Below are positions 15,931 through 25,507 of a stretch of 33,380 nt of DNA, one piece after another. Position numbers and translations under genes: made by a program. Every line of letters starts with the position of its first letter. Positions within the stretch are counted from its first letter, which is position 1. This DNA is from Dehalococcoidia bacterium (GTDB taxonomy: Bacteria > Chloroflexota > Dehalococcoidia > Lucifugimonadales > DAOUBE01). The stretch covers positions 1 through 33,380 of the forward strand of contig DAOUBE010000318.1 in the NCBI GenBank assembly GCA_034432835.1, given 5' to 3'. The notes below the pieces were generated by a model. The model saw nothing but the letters and a program-made list of their open reading frames with translations, was not told where the DNA came from and made no database searches.

Positions 15931-16388
15931 CGCCCTGTGTCTGATAGGAGGCTCCCTGCCTCCCGGGACTAGTCCATAGTGGGGACGCACAAAGTATTAA
16001 CGGCGGCCGGCGGGCACTCGCAATTATCTGCTCCACAAATAGGCGTTTCATGCTCTGGAGAAATCGGACGAAAGAGGGTTTCAGACGGAGGGAGGGCACT
16101 GTAATATGCCTTTGGTGAAAGACAAAGAATGGGTAGCAACTGCTCATTCACGTCGGGCTTCGTCAGGATGTCAGATGTTTCCTTCTCACATAGCCTTTTC
16201 CGGGCACGCCTGTCTCAGATTTGGGTCTTTCAGATACGCAATCATTCAGTCTAATACTGGCGGACAACTGCGCTTGTTGTCCCCACCTTGCGACCTCTCT
16301 GGTATCCCCGGCTAGCTACCGAAGGACCGTCCAGCGGGACAACCTGTCTCTATGGGTGGTATAGGTGCAGTCTGAGTGGAGGGAGACA

Positions 16389-17879
16389 GTGGCAAACAAA
16401 CTCCTGAATTCTCCTGCAGGCGGAAAGAAACGGTCCCTGGCCCTTGATGCGGTAACGCGAAGCATTGAACTACATAGGACCAAGCCCTTCCAGGCTATGT
16501 TTCTGCTCAGCGACACCTTCCTCCTTACCGGGGCCGTGTGGATATCTCGGCATCTCAGGGAGGTGTGGCCCGGCATATACGGGGCGGAGCTATCCGCCCA
16601 GGCCAGCAACCCGGCCATGTCTGCCATCTTCGTGGGGCTTACCGTGACCCTGCTGGCCCTGTCCAGGGCCTACCTCCCCTTCCGCGCCGCCTCTCCAGGC
16701 TACGAGCTGCTGAGGATAGTGGGTGTGGTCTCCTTCGCCTCCATATGCGCCGAGTTTCTGGGGCAGTTGGCTATCCACGGCCAGCAGAACCAGGCCTTGA
16801 GGCTCATGATGTGGATGAACTCCATCGTCTTCCTGGCTGTGGGCAGGGTGGTGGTGCTGCGGGGCGCCCGGCTCCTGGGCTGCAACGGTGCCTCCTACGG
16901 TCAGATAGTTGTGGTGGGCGACCCCGAGAGCGCCTTGTGGGCCGCGCACTGCTTCAGTCAGAACGGCGGCCGGTACCGTGTGGTGGGGGTGGTCACCCTG
17001 GGCGAGCCCCCGGGCGAGGGCCAGCAGCCCGCAGCCGTGCCCGTCATGGGCGACCAGAGCCAGCTCCCCCGCCTCCTTCAGGCCCAGGCCGCCCCTGGCC
17101 TCCTCCTTGCTGTACCAGCGGCGGACTACCAGCGGGTACGGGCCGCCCTGGATTCCGGAATGTCCAGGGACACGCCGGTCCAGGTCTCCCTGTACCCCAC
17201 CCTCCGGGGTCTTAAGGCCGGCGACGCCAGCGCACAGCAGTCCTCCTCTGGCCCTTGGAGGGCGTGGACCTTTCCCTGGCAGTACGAGTCCCTGAAACGC
17301 GTCTTCGACCTGGCGGTGGTGTGCCTGCTGCTGATAGTGGCCGCTCCCTTGATGGGCCTCATCGCCCTGGCCATCAAACTGGACTCGCCGGGCCCTGTGC
17401 TCTTTCGCCAGACCCGTGTGGGCCGCAGGGGGCTGCTCTTCCAGATGTACAAGTTCCGCTCCATGTACCAGGACGCCGAGACCCAGCTCAAAGAGCTGCT
17501 GCCCGGCAACGAGGCCTCCGGGCCAATGTTCAAGATGCGGCGCGACCCCCGGGTCACCCGGGTGGGCAGAATAATCCGCCGCCTCAGCCTGGACGAGATA
17601 CCCCAGCTCTTCAACGTCCTGGAAGGCAGCATGAGCCTGGTGGGCCCGCGCCCGCCCCTGCCCGAAGAGGTGGCGCAGTACAAGGTGGAGCACTTCCAGC
17701 GGCTGGAGGCCTTCCCGGGCATCACCGGGCTCTGGCAGGTCAACCGGGGGTGGGAGCTCTCCTTCGACGAGGTGATGCGCCTGGACCTGGAGTACATGCG
17801 GTCCTGGTCCCTGGGGCGTGACATGGCCATCCTTCTGAAGACCATCCCGGCGGTCATCAGCGGCCGCGGAGCCTATTGA
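16389..17879 (+). CDS. Polyprenyl-phosphate sugar phosphotransferase (WbaP/EpsB-type priming glycosyltransferase, Bac_transf domain)
   Basis: N-terminal TM bundle and a central Rossmann-like segment (IVVVGDPESA...YRVVGVV). C-terminal KRVFDLAVVCLLLIVAAPLM, SPGPVLFRQTRVG, MYKFRSM, GPMFKMRRDPRVTRVG, LDEIPQLFNVLEGSMSLVGPRP. The GTG at 16389 has a ggaggga SD 5 nt upstream; the tracked GTG at 16365 is an alternative start. Confidence 0.9.
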   Translation: MANKLLNSPAGGKKRSLALDAVTRSIELHRTKPFQAMFLLSDTFLLTGAVWISRHLREVWPGIYGAELSAQASNPAMSAIFVGLTVTLLALSRAYLPFRAASPGYELLRIVGVVSFASICAEFLGQLAIHGQQNQALRLMMWMNSIVFLAVGRVVVLRGARLLGCNGASYGQIVVVGDPESALWAAHCFSQNGGRYRVVGVVTLGEPPGEGQQPAAVPVMGDQSQLPRLLQAQAAPGLLLAVPAADYQRVRAALDSGMSRDTPVQVSLYPTLRGLKAGDASAQQSSSGPWRAWTFPWQYESLKRVFDLAVVCLLLIVAAPLMGLIALAIKLDSPGPVLFRQTRVGRRGLLFQMYKFRSMYQDAETQLKELLPGNEASGPMFKMRRDPRVTRVGRIIRRLSLDEIPQLFNVLEGSMSLVGPRPPLPEEVAQYKVEHFQRLEAFPGITGLWQVNRGWELSFDEVMRLDLEYMRSWSLGRDMAILLKTIPAVISGRGAY

Positions 17880-17889
17880 GGTGGAATCT

Positions 17890-19394
17890 ATGAACGTGGC
17901 CGAGACCCAGGTCCGGCAGGACTCCCAGATTATCGTCAGCAACAGTCTGACCCTTCTGCTGCGGCGGCTGGTGCTTTGGGGTCTGAACGGTGTGCTCATC
18001 CTCTTTCTTCCCAGGTACCTGGGCGATCATGGCTTGGGCCAGCTTTCCTTTGCCCAGTCCTTCTCCTACCTTTTCGCACCGCCATAACCCTTGGGGTGGG
18101 GCAGTTCCTTGTCAAGGAGGTGGCCCGGGACCACCAGAAGGTAAGCCTTTATATGGGCACTGCCTTGGGCATGCGCCTGGTTATGGCCGTGGTGGTCTTC
18201 GCTGTTATTGTGGTGGTAGCCAACCTCATCGGCTACTCCCCCGAAGCCAGGCTGGTGATGTACCTGGCCGCCGCCACTACCATTCTCCTGGCCTTCGTCC
18301 GTGTCATGACCTCGGTCCTCAACGGGCTGGAGAACATGACCTGGCCCGCCTTGGCGGAGGTAGTCAGCAAGCTGCTGGTGGTGGGCCTGGGCATCGCCCT
18401 GCTGGTGCAGGGCATGGGTGTGGTGGCCTACTCGGCGGTCCTGCTGGTTGCGGCAGGTGTCAACCTGGGCATCAACGCCGTTTACGTGGGCCGGCGCTTC
18501 CCCCTGAGCATCAGCCTCCGCCTTCCTCAGGTGAAGGCCCTCCTCATCGGTGGGGCGCCTTTCCTGCTCATGGGCTTCCTGCTGGACATCTACAACCAGC
18601 TAGACGTGGTGATGCTCCGCTTCTTCACCACCGATGCCGTTGTGGGCTGGTACGCTGCCGCCAGTCAGCTCTACCACGCCGCGGACATGCTACCCATCGC
18701 CCTGACGTCGGCTATGCTGCCTACCATGGCCCGCATGCACTTCCAAAGCGCCCTAGCCATGGTCTCGGTGGCCAGGAAAAGCATCGTCATCGGGGCGGTG
18801 ATGATCGTACCCATCGGCCTGGGGATGAGTTTGCTGTCCAAAGAGATCATAGCTACCCTTCCCTATCCTGACGTCTTTAGCAACTCCATACCCCTCCTCA
18901 CTATCCTGGCCCTTAGCGTCCCTATCACCGCCTTCCTCATGATCCTGGGCACCATTGCCGCCGCTGTGGACAGGCAGAGGGCGTGGGCCCTGGCCCTGAC
19001 GGTCACCGTCCTGGTTGACGTTGCCCTTAACGCCGCCGCCATCCCCTATTTCCAGCGAGTCCAGGGCAACGGTGGCATAGGCGCTGCCGTGACCACCCTG
19101 GTGTGCGAGACCTTCATGGTGCTGGTGGGTATCCGCCTGATGCCCAGGGGGGTCATAGATCGACGCATGGCCATGGCTTTCTTGAAGGTGGCCATCGCCG
19201 GGGGGGCCATGGTCCTGGCGGGCCTGCTGGCGCGGGTCCTGGGGCTAGGCACCGGGCCCGTGGTGGCTGCAGCCGCCATCACCTACACCCTTCTGGTGCT
19301 GGCCACCCGGGCGGTCACCATATCCGATCTGCTCTTTGTCAAGGACTCGGTGTTCCAGCGCAGGAAAACTGGCCGGCCGGCCTTGGGCGAATAG
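17890..19394 (+). pseudogene. wzx: Wzx-type polysaccharide flippase (MOP superfamily), interrupted by a -1 frameshift at a T4 run
   Basis: ORF 17881-18087 encodes a typical Wzx N-terminus (SNSLTLLLRRLVLWGLNGVLILFLPRYLGDHGLGQLSFAQSFSYLF). ORF 17976-19394 continues as AITLGVGQFLVKEVARD followed by about 12 TMs. Reading T4 (18071-18074) as T5 joins them as ...SYLFRTAITLGV.... The ATG at 17890 has a gaggtgg SD. Confidence 0.8.
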
Positions 19395-19406
19395 GAGAGC
19401 ACCTCT

Positions 19407-20618
19407 ATGTCTAAGGTGGACATAAGTGTGGTCATTCCTACCCACAACCGGCGTGACCTCCTCAGGGAGATGCTGGAGGCCCTGGCCTGCCAGACCTTCC
19501 CAGCCCCTAGGTTTGAGGTCATTGTGGTGGCCGACGGAGTCACCGACGGCACCCAGGAGATGCTGCGAAGGCTGGAGACCCCCTACTCCCTTGGGGTCCT
19601 GGACCAGTGGCAGTCGGGCGTGGCGGTGGCCCGCAACCGCGGGGCACGCTGCGCCCGCGGCTCCCTGCTGGTTTTTCTGGACGACGACGTCCTACCTGTC
19701 CCACGTCTGCTGGAGGAGCATGCCCTGACCCAGCGGGAGAACCCTCCTGGGGTGGTGCTGGGGCGTCTCCTACCTGCCGGGACTGGCCGCAAGAAGGGGT
19801 GGCAGGTCTGGGAGGAGCGGGTCTTCCAGAAGCACTACCAGGCGGTGTTGGAGGGACGCCGCCCTCCGGCGGGCAGGAGGCTCTACAGCGGCAACTTCTC
19901 GGTGCCCAGGCTGGCCTTCCTCCAGGTGGGCGGCTTCAATGAGGGGATGGAGCGGGGCGAGGACATAGAGCTGGGTTTCAGACTAGAGCAGGCCGGAGTG
20001 CCCTTCTACTTCAACCCCGCCGCCGCGGCCATTCACCGGGGCTACCGCAGCTTCGCCTCTTGGCGCCGCTCCGCCTACCTCTATGGCCGGACGGATGTCC
20101 TCCTGGCCAGAAGGGGTATCCACGCCCAGTCCCTTTCCGAAATCTGGGCCTGGTACCACCGGAAGCCACCTCCATTCCACTGGTTCTTGGGCCTCTCTCT
20201 GGGGAGGCCTGGCCTCCAAAGTGCCCTGGCCGGGGCTCTGGCGGCCTGGGGGGGCCTGTTCACCCGCCTGGGGATGCCTGTCCTGGCCCATCCTGCCTAC
20301 AGCCTTATCTTCAACCTCCAGTACTGGCAAGGTGTGGCCGATGAGCTGGGTGGCCGGGCGGCCTTCTACCGGCACCTGGGGTCGTGGCGGCCTTCCGGGC
20401 ATCTTCCTCCAGCCGGGGTCACCGAGCCTTCCCGCAAGCCTGGACTTGGAGGTGCCATGGGGTGGAGGCTTCCCTCCCAGGGAGGGCAGGGGCCCGATGC
20501 TTCTAAAAATGTAAGAAGGGGAGGGCCCACGGCCCGGACAGACCCGACGGTTGTTGCCTGGCCCAGACCCCGGTCCAGTGCCCATGGCCATGCCACGGAG
20601 GATGGAGAGGATGAGTGA
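19407..20618 (+). CDS. GT2 family glycosyltransferase
   Basis: ISVVIPTHNRRDLLREMLEAL, VIVVADGVTDGT, ARNRGARCARGSLLVFLDDDVLP and GEDIELGFRL. The last ~80 codons (from about 20385) are low-complexity with visibly lower GC3. Confidence 0.85.
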   Translation: MSKVDISVVIPTHNRRDLLREMLEALACQTFPAPRFEVIVVADGVTDGTQEMLRRLETPYSLGVLDQWQSGVAVARNRGARCARGSLLVFLDDDVLPVPRLLEEHALTQRENPPGVVLGRLLPAGTGRKKGWQVWEERVFQKHYQAVLEGRRPPAGRRLYSGNFSVPRLAFLQVGGFNEGMERGEDIELGFRLEQAGVPFYFNPAAAAIHRGYRSFASWRRSAYLYGRTDVLLARRGIHAQSLSEIWAWYHRKPPPFHWFLGLSLGRPGLQSALAGALAAWGGLFTRLGMPVLAHPAYSLIFNLQYWQGVADELGGRAAFYRHLGSWRPSGHLPPAGVTEPSRKPGLGGAMGWRLPSQGGQGPDASKNVRRGGPTARTDPTVVAWPRPRSSAHGHATEDGEDE

Positions 20619-21633
20619 GGAGAAGATAGTTGTTCTCGGGGGTGGTACTGGGACCTACACCGCCCTTCTGGGGCTAAAGCGCTACAGCCGCAGCATCACC
20701 GCCGTGGTGAGCATGGCCGACGACGGCGGAAGCTCGGGTCGCCTGCGGGACGAGTTCGGCCATCTCCCTCCGGGGGATGCCCGGCGCTGCCTTATCGCCC
20801 TCAGCGCCAACCGGCGAGTCAACCGCACCCTCCGGGCCCTGTTGGAGTACCGCTTTAACAAGGGGAACGGCCTTAATGGTCACAGCTTTGGCAACCTCTT
20901 CCTGACGGCCCTGACGGAGCTGACGGGTAGTACGGAGCAGGCCATCCTGGAAGCCTCCCAGTTGCTCAACGTTCGGGGCCGAGTCCTCCCCGTCACCACC
21001 GACGACAGCCGCCTCTGGGCGGAGCTGGAGGATGGCACCCTCATCAGGGGCGAGCATAACATAGACGTTCGGACGGTGAAGCCGGACGTGCCCATAAGGA
21101 TGGTCTTCCTGGCGCCCACCGCCCGCGTCTATCCCCCTGTATCCGAGGCCATCCGCTCCGCCGATATTCTGGTCATAGGCCCAGGAGACCTGTACACCAG
21201 CATCATCCCTAACCTGCTGGTCCAGGGGGTCCCCGAGGCCATCCGCGCCTGCCAGGGCGTCCGCATCTACGTCTGCAACCTTATGACCAAGCATGGTGAG
21301 ACGGATGGCTTCCCCGCTTCCAGGTTCATATCCGAGCTCACCCGCTACCTGGGCGGCCCCGGTTCCGTGGACTGCATGATCGTGAACTCTGGCCCCATAC
21401 CGGCAGCCCTTCTTCGGCGGTATGCCGAGGAGATGGCCCACCCCGTAGTCTTGGACCTGGAGTCCTGCCTGGAGTACGTGCCCCAGGTGGTCCAGGCCGA
21501 TCTGGTGGCCACGGGGAGTCTGCTGCGCCACGACTCCAAGAGGCTGGCGCGCCTGGTACTCCAGGTCGCCCGCTGCCGCCCCCGTGTCACTGGCGTTGGG
21601 GCTGGGGCGGCCACTCCCCTGGTGGAGGCTTAG
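20611..21633 (+). CDS. YvcK/CofD-family protein (UPF0052, gluconeogenesis factor-like, UDP-sugar-binding family)
   Basis: IVVLGGGTGTYTALLGLKRY, ITAVVSMADDGGSSGRLRDEFGHLPPGDARRCL, GHSFGNLFLTAL and VIGPGDLYTSIIPNLLV. The ATG at 20611 overlaps the GT2 stop by 8 nt and follows ggaggatggagagg. Confidence 0.85.
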   Translation: MSEEKIVVLGGGTGTYTALLGLKRYSRSITAVVSMADDGGSSGRLRDEFGHLPPGDARRCLIALSANRRVNRTLRALLEYRFNKGNGLNGHSFGNLFLTALTELTGSTEQAILEASQLLNVRGRVLPVTTDDSRLWAELEDGTLIRGEHNIDVRTVKPDVPIRMVFLAPTARVYPPVSEAIRSADILVIGPGDLYTSIIPNLLVQGVPEAIRACQGVRIYVCNLMTKHGETDGFPASRFISELTRYLGGPGSVDCMIVNSGPIPAALLRRYAEEMAHPVVLDLESCLEYVPQVVQADLVATGSLLRHDSKRLARLVLQVARCRPRVTGVGAGAATPLVEA

Positions 21634-21636
21634 AAC

Positions 21637-23358
21637 GTGACCGCGAATGCTGTGCTCAAGGGGCTGGGCAGGTACGGCGCCATGCTTTTCCTGACGTGCG
21701 CTCTTATAGCGGCAGGTTGCGCCGCCTCCCCCTCTTCCCACCCTCGTTCCCAGCCCTCTCCCACCTCTGGGGTGGTACCCCCGGAGGACGGCGCGGTAAA
21801 GGTCTCGGTGAGTATCACCCAGGACCTGAGGCTCATCAACCCCCACATATACGGTGTCTCCCGCTCCGACGGGGCCCAGCCCTATTACAGGGAGATGGGG
21901 GTCACCCTGGTGCGTTGGGGAGGGAACGCCCGTAGCCGCTTCAACTGGGAACTCAACGCCTCCAACACCGGGGCCGACTGGGGCTTCACCAACCTGTCCA
22001 AGGGCGACGGCACCCCCGGCTCGGCCGCCCTGAAGTTCCACCAGAACAACCGGTCCGTGGGCGCCGACAGCCTTCTGATGCTCCCCATGATCGGATGGGT
22101 GGCCCGGGACCGAGGTGAAGCCGCCCTGTCGGTGGGAGGCGCTGGACCCCTGGGCGCCATCACCGGCGTGGCCGAGGGCAGCGACGTGGCCGACGCTAGG
22201 CTGCGCACCATCCTCCCATCCTTTCCCAGGAAGGGCGGCCCCTTCTCCTATCCCCCAGACCTGACCGACCAGGCGGTTTACCAGGACGAGTGGGTGTACT
22301 TCCTGACCCGCACCTTGGGGCCCTCGGACAAGACTGGCATCCGCTTCTACGAGATGGACAACGAGCCCATGCTCTGGTCGGTGACCCATGCCGACGTACA
22401 CCCGGAGCCGGTGAGCTACGACTACTACCTGGACCGCTTCCTTCAGTACGCCAGGGCGGTGAAAGACGTGGACCCCTCCGCCCGGATTCTGGCCCCCTCC
22501 GTCTGGGGCTGGACCGCCTACTTCTACTCGGCCCTGGACACTGCCAGGGGTGGCCCTGGTTCGGCTCCGGACCGCAAGGCCCATGGGGATGTGCCCTTCT
22601 TGCCCTGGTTCCTTAGCAAGGTGCGGGAGCACGATGAGCACTTGGGCGTGCGCACCCTGGACTACCTGGCGGTCCACTACTACCCTCAGGGCGGCGTCTT
22701 CTCCGACGACATCGCCCCGGAGACCCAGGCCAGGCGCCTGCGCTCCACCCGCTCCCTGTGGGACCCCACCTACGCCGATGAGTCCTGGATAGCCACCACA
22801 CCGGAGGGGCCCTTCGTACGCCTCATACCCAGACTGCGGGAGTGGATTGACCAGAACTACCCCGGCACGGGCCTGGCCATCACTGAGTGGAGCTGGGGGG
22901 CCGAGGGCCACATCAGCGGGGGGCTGGCCGCCGCCGATGTCCTGGGTATCTTCGGCAGGGAGGGGGTTGACTTGGCCACCTTCTGGGGTGAGGTCGGCCA
23001 GGGCAGTCCCGTTTACTGGGCCTTCCGCATGTACCGCAACTACGACGGCCTAGGCAGTCACTTCGGGAACATCTCCGTCAGGGCCCAGAGCAGCCACCCG
23101 GACCTGGTCAGTGCCTATGCCAGCCTGGACACCAGCACAGGTCAGGTGAAGGTCATGCTCATCAACAAGTCGCCCGACCATGAGGTGCCCGTGCGATTGA
23201 CCCTGAAAGGCTTCCCCAGGTCCACCGTTGACCTGTTCCAATACTCCGCGGCCCACCTAGGGGGGATACAGCAGCTCCCCAGGGTAGAGGTCCAGGGCGA
23301 CACCCTGGAGCATCGCCTTCCTCCCTACTCCATGACCATGGTGGCGGCAAGCACCTGA
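21637..23358 (+). CDS. Secreted lipoprotein, glycoside hydrolase family 44-like
   Basis: Lipobox LIAAGC. Motifs VRWGGNARSRFNWE, YEMDNEPMLWSVTHADVHPEP, YLAVHYYPQGG, ITEWSWGAE and YWAFRMYRNYDG resemble GH44 endoglucanase/xyloglucanase motifs. GTG start 3 nt after the upstream stop. Confidence 0.6.
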   Translation: MTANAVLKGLGRYGAMLFLTCALIAAGCAASPSSHPRSQPSPTSGVVPPEDGAVKVSVSITQDLRLINPHIYGVSRSDGAQPYYREMGVTLVRWGGNARSRFNWELNASNTGADWGFTNLSKGDGTPGSAALKFHQNNRSVGADSLLMLPMIGWVARDRGEAALSVGGAGPLGAITGVAEGSDVADARLRTILPSFPRKGGPFSYPPDLTDQAVYQDEWVYFLTRTLGPSDKTGIRFYEMDNEPMLWSVTHADVHPEPVSYDYYLDRFLQYARAVKDVDPSARILAPSVWGWTAYFYSALDTARGGPGSAPDRKAHGDVPFLPWFLSKVREHDEHLGVRTLDYLAVHYYPQGGVFSDDIAPETQARRLRSTRSLWDPTYADESWIATTPEGPFVRLIPRLREWIDQNYPGTGLAITEWSWGAEGHISGGLAAADVLGIFGREGVDLATFWGEVGQGSPVYWAFRMYRNYDGLGSHFGNISVRAQSSHPDLVSAYASLDTSTGQVKVMLINKSPDHEVPVRLTLKGFPRSTVDLFQYSAAHLGGIQQLPRVEVQGDTLEHRLPPYSMTMVAAST

Positions 23359-23403
23359 TGGTAGGCCGAGGACGGGCAGCAAGAACATACGTGAAGGTGA
23401 GCC

Positions 23404-24246
23404 GTGACGTTGCAGGCCAGGGGCATACAGGGAAGCAGGGCAGACAGCTACGAAAAGCGCCTGCCCTGGCTCCCCATCCTTATGTACCATCGGGTGGTGG
23501 CGCGGGTGGACCGCCCCGACCCCTACCACCTGTACGTGTCCGTGGCCGACCTGGACGCCCAGATGCGGTTCCTGCACCAGCGCGGCTACAAGAGCATGAC
23601 CCTGGAGGAGCTGGGGCGAATAGTGGCTACAGGCGGGTGGCCCCGGGGCCGCCATGTGGTCATCACCTTTGATGATGGCTATCGGGATGTGTACGTGAAC
23701 GCTTTGCCCGTGCTGGAGCGGTACGGCTTCACCGCTAACGTCATGCTGGTGAGCGGACAAATTGGAGGGAGGAACGTGTGGGAGTCTGCCCAGGTGGACA
23801 AGGTGCGTTTGCTGGGCCCGGATGACCTGGAGGCCATGATGGGCCACGGAGTGGCCTTCGGTTCCCACGGTGTTACCCACAAGCCCCTGACCTTCTTGAG
23901 CGCAGATGAGGCAAGAAGGGAGGTGGAGGGGTCACGGGAGGCCCTGGAGAGGCTTCTGGGGCTGGAGGTCCGCTCCTTCAGCTTTCCCCACGGCCGCTCC
24001 AGCCCTGCTATCCGGGATATGGTGAGGCAGGCCGGGTACCTGGCGGCCTGCGGCATAGAGCAGCGGGAGCACTCCCTTTTCAACCTCTGCCGGGTGGATG
24101 TCGCCGCCTGCCAGGGGAACTGGTTCCTGTGGAGATGGAAGGTCTCTGGCCTCCACCACCGGCTGAGGCAGAGCCGCATGCTCAGGAGGGCCTGGGGCCT
24201 CTGGGGGAAGCTCATGAACACACCAGGCCAAAGGAGACCGGCGTGA
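23404..24246 (+). CDS. Polysaccharide deacetylase (CE4, NodB homology domain)
   Basis: LPILMYHRV, VITFDDGYRDVY, FGSHGVTHKPL and FSFPHGR. GTG start. Confidence 0.85.
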   Translation: MTLQARGIQGSRADSYEKRLPWLPILMYHRVVARVDRPDPYHLYVSVADLDAQMRFLHQRGYKSMTLEELGRIVATGGWPRGRHVVITFDDGYRDVYVNALPVLERYGFTANVMLVSGQIGGRNVWESAQVDKVRLLGPDDLEAMMGHGVAFGSHGVTHKPLTFLSADEARREVEGSREALERLLGLEVRSFSFPHGRSSPAIRDMVRQAGYLAACGIEQREHSLFNLCRVDVAACQGNWFLWRWKVSGLHHRLRQSRMLRRAWGLWGKLMNTPGQRRPA

Positions 24247-25472
24247 AGACCAGAGGCTTGGAACACACGGCGTCCCAGGCCATCCTCAGCACCCGGGTCC
24301 TGCGCTCTCTCCAGGAGCTGGCGGCCCTGGAGCCGGACTGGTACGCCCTTCTGGAGGAGTGCCCCAGCCACACCGTCTTCTCCACGCCGGACTGGCTCAT
24401 TCCCCTGGCCCAGGAGTGCCAGGACAAGCTGCAGTTCCTCAGCATCGCCGTGTACCAAGAGGGCCGTCTCATTGGTCTGGCTCCCCTGGCCGTGCGCCGC
24501 ATGGGGCGGCTGCTCAAGAGCCTGCGCTTCCTTGGCATGGGGCCTTACCGCTACTCCTGGTCGGACTACCAGGACGTCCTGGCGGCCAGGGGCAAGGAGC
24601 TGGAGACGGCCTGGGCCGTCCTGGGGAGGCTGCGAGAGCTCACGGCCGAGTGGGACATGATGCACCTGGTAGAGATGCCCTCTAACTCCCCTATGCTGGC
24701 GCCCTTACTGGAGGGGCTGCGTGGGCTGGGGTGGGCGGCCATAGCCGAACGTAAGGGTAGCTCCTATGTCCTCCCACTGCCCCAGCGCTGGGAGGACTAC
24801 CTGGCCACCCTATCCGTCAATTTCCGCAGAGACTCGGAGAGAAAGGCCAGGAAGTTCCAGAGGGACCATCAGGGGTCTTTCCATATCCTTCCCGCCGACG
24901 GCGATCTGGACGCCGCCATGGATACCCTGGTCCGCCTGCACACCCTGCAGTGGCAGGCCCGCGGCCAGCCCGGGATCTTCGCCCAGGAAGGTATGGAGGG
25001 CTTTCTGCGGGGTGTGGCCCGCCGTATGGCCGCCAGGGGAGCCCTTTGGATGGGGGTGCTCACGGGAGACACGGGCACCGTGGGGGTGTCCTTCAACCTG
25101 CGCTACCGGGGCATGGTGTACTACTACAACAGTGGCTTCGACCCCCGAGACCCGGCCGCACGGCTCAGCCCCGGTACCCTCATGAACCGCTACGCCATCA
25201 AGGAAGCCATCGAAGCAGGGGACCACTACCTCAACTTCCTGCGGGGCGATGGCCAGTACAAAGCTCGCTACGGTGTGGATACCCTCGGGCATGTCCAGCT
25301 CAGGGTCTGGCGGAACTGGCCCATGCTCCTGGCCGATCGCGCCATCCTTCGGCTGGGTAGGAGGGCCAAGGGCCAGCTTCGGAAGATGTTGGGTTGGATG
25401 GGGCGGAGGCCAGGCCGCCAGCCAAGACCTGACGGCAAGGGTGGATGGCCCGTGCCTGGGGACAACATGTGA
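24243..25472 (+). CDS. GNAT-fold acetyltransferase, CelD/BioF2-like (Acetyltransf_6 type)
   Basis: The GTG overlaps the deacetylase stop (GTGA). LEPDWYALLEECPSHTVFSTPDWLIPLAQ, LSVNFRRDSERKARKF, LHTLQWQARG, YYYNSGFDP and LNFLRGDGQYKARYG are typical of CelD-like proteins. Confidence 0.7.
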   Translation: MKTRGLEHTASQAILSTRVLRSLQELAALEPDWYALLEECPSHTVFSTPDWLIPLAQECQDKLQFLSIAVYQEGRLIGLAPLAVRRMGRLLKSLRFLGMGPYRYSWSDYQDVLAARGKELETAWAVLGRLRELTAEWDMMHLVEMPSNSPMLAPLLEGLRGLGWAAIAERKGSSYVLPLPQRWEDYLATLSVNFRRDSERKARKFQRDHQGSFHILPADGDLDAAMDTLVRLHTLQWQARGQPGIFAQEGMEGFLRGVARRMAARGALWMGVLTGDTGTVGVSFNLRYRGMVYYYNSGFDPRDPAARLSPGTLMNRYAIKEAIEAGDHYLNFLRGDGQYKARYGVDTLGHVQLRVWRNWPMLLADRAILRLGRRAKGQLRKMLGWMGRRPGRQPRPDGKGGWPVPGDNM

Positions 25473-25507
25473 ACAACGCCGGCCTTGGCACGATGCGGGG
25501 TGAAGTC

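Noticed and set aside
16590-17999. 469-aa minus-strand ORF
   Set aside because: Antisense to the priming sugar phosphotransferase, which carries unmistakable Bac_transf motifs. Composition is low-complexity and Gly/Pro/His/Gln-rich.
20674-22911. 745-aa minus-strand ORF, the longest in the track
   Set aside because: It lies antisense to two well-supported plus-strand genes (YvcK-like and GH44-like). Its composition is dominated by G, P, A, R, H and V with no recognisable motifs. This is a typical shadow ORF of GC3-rich coding sequence.
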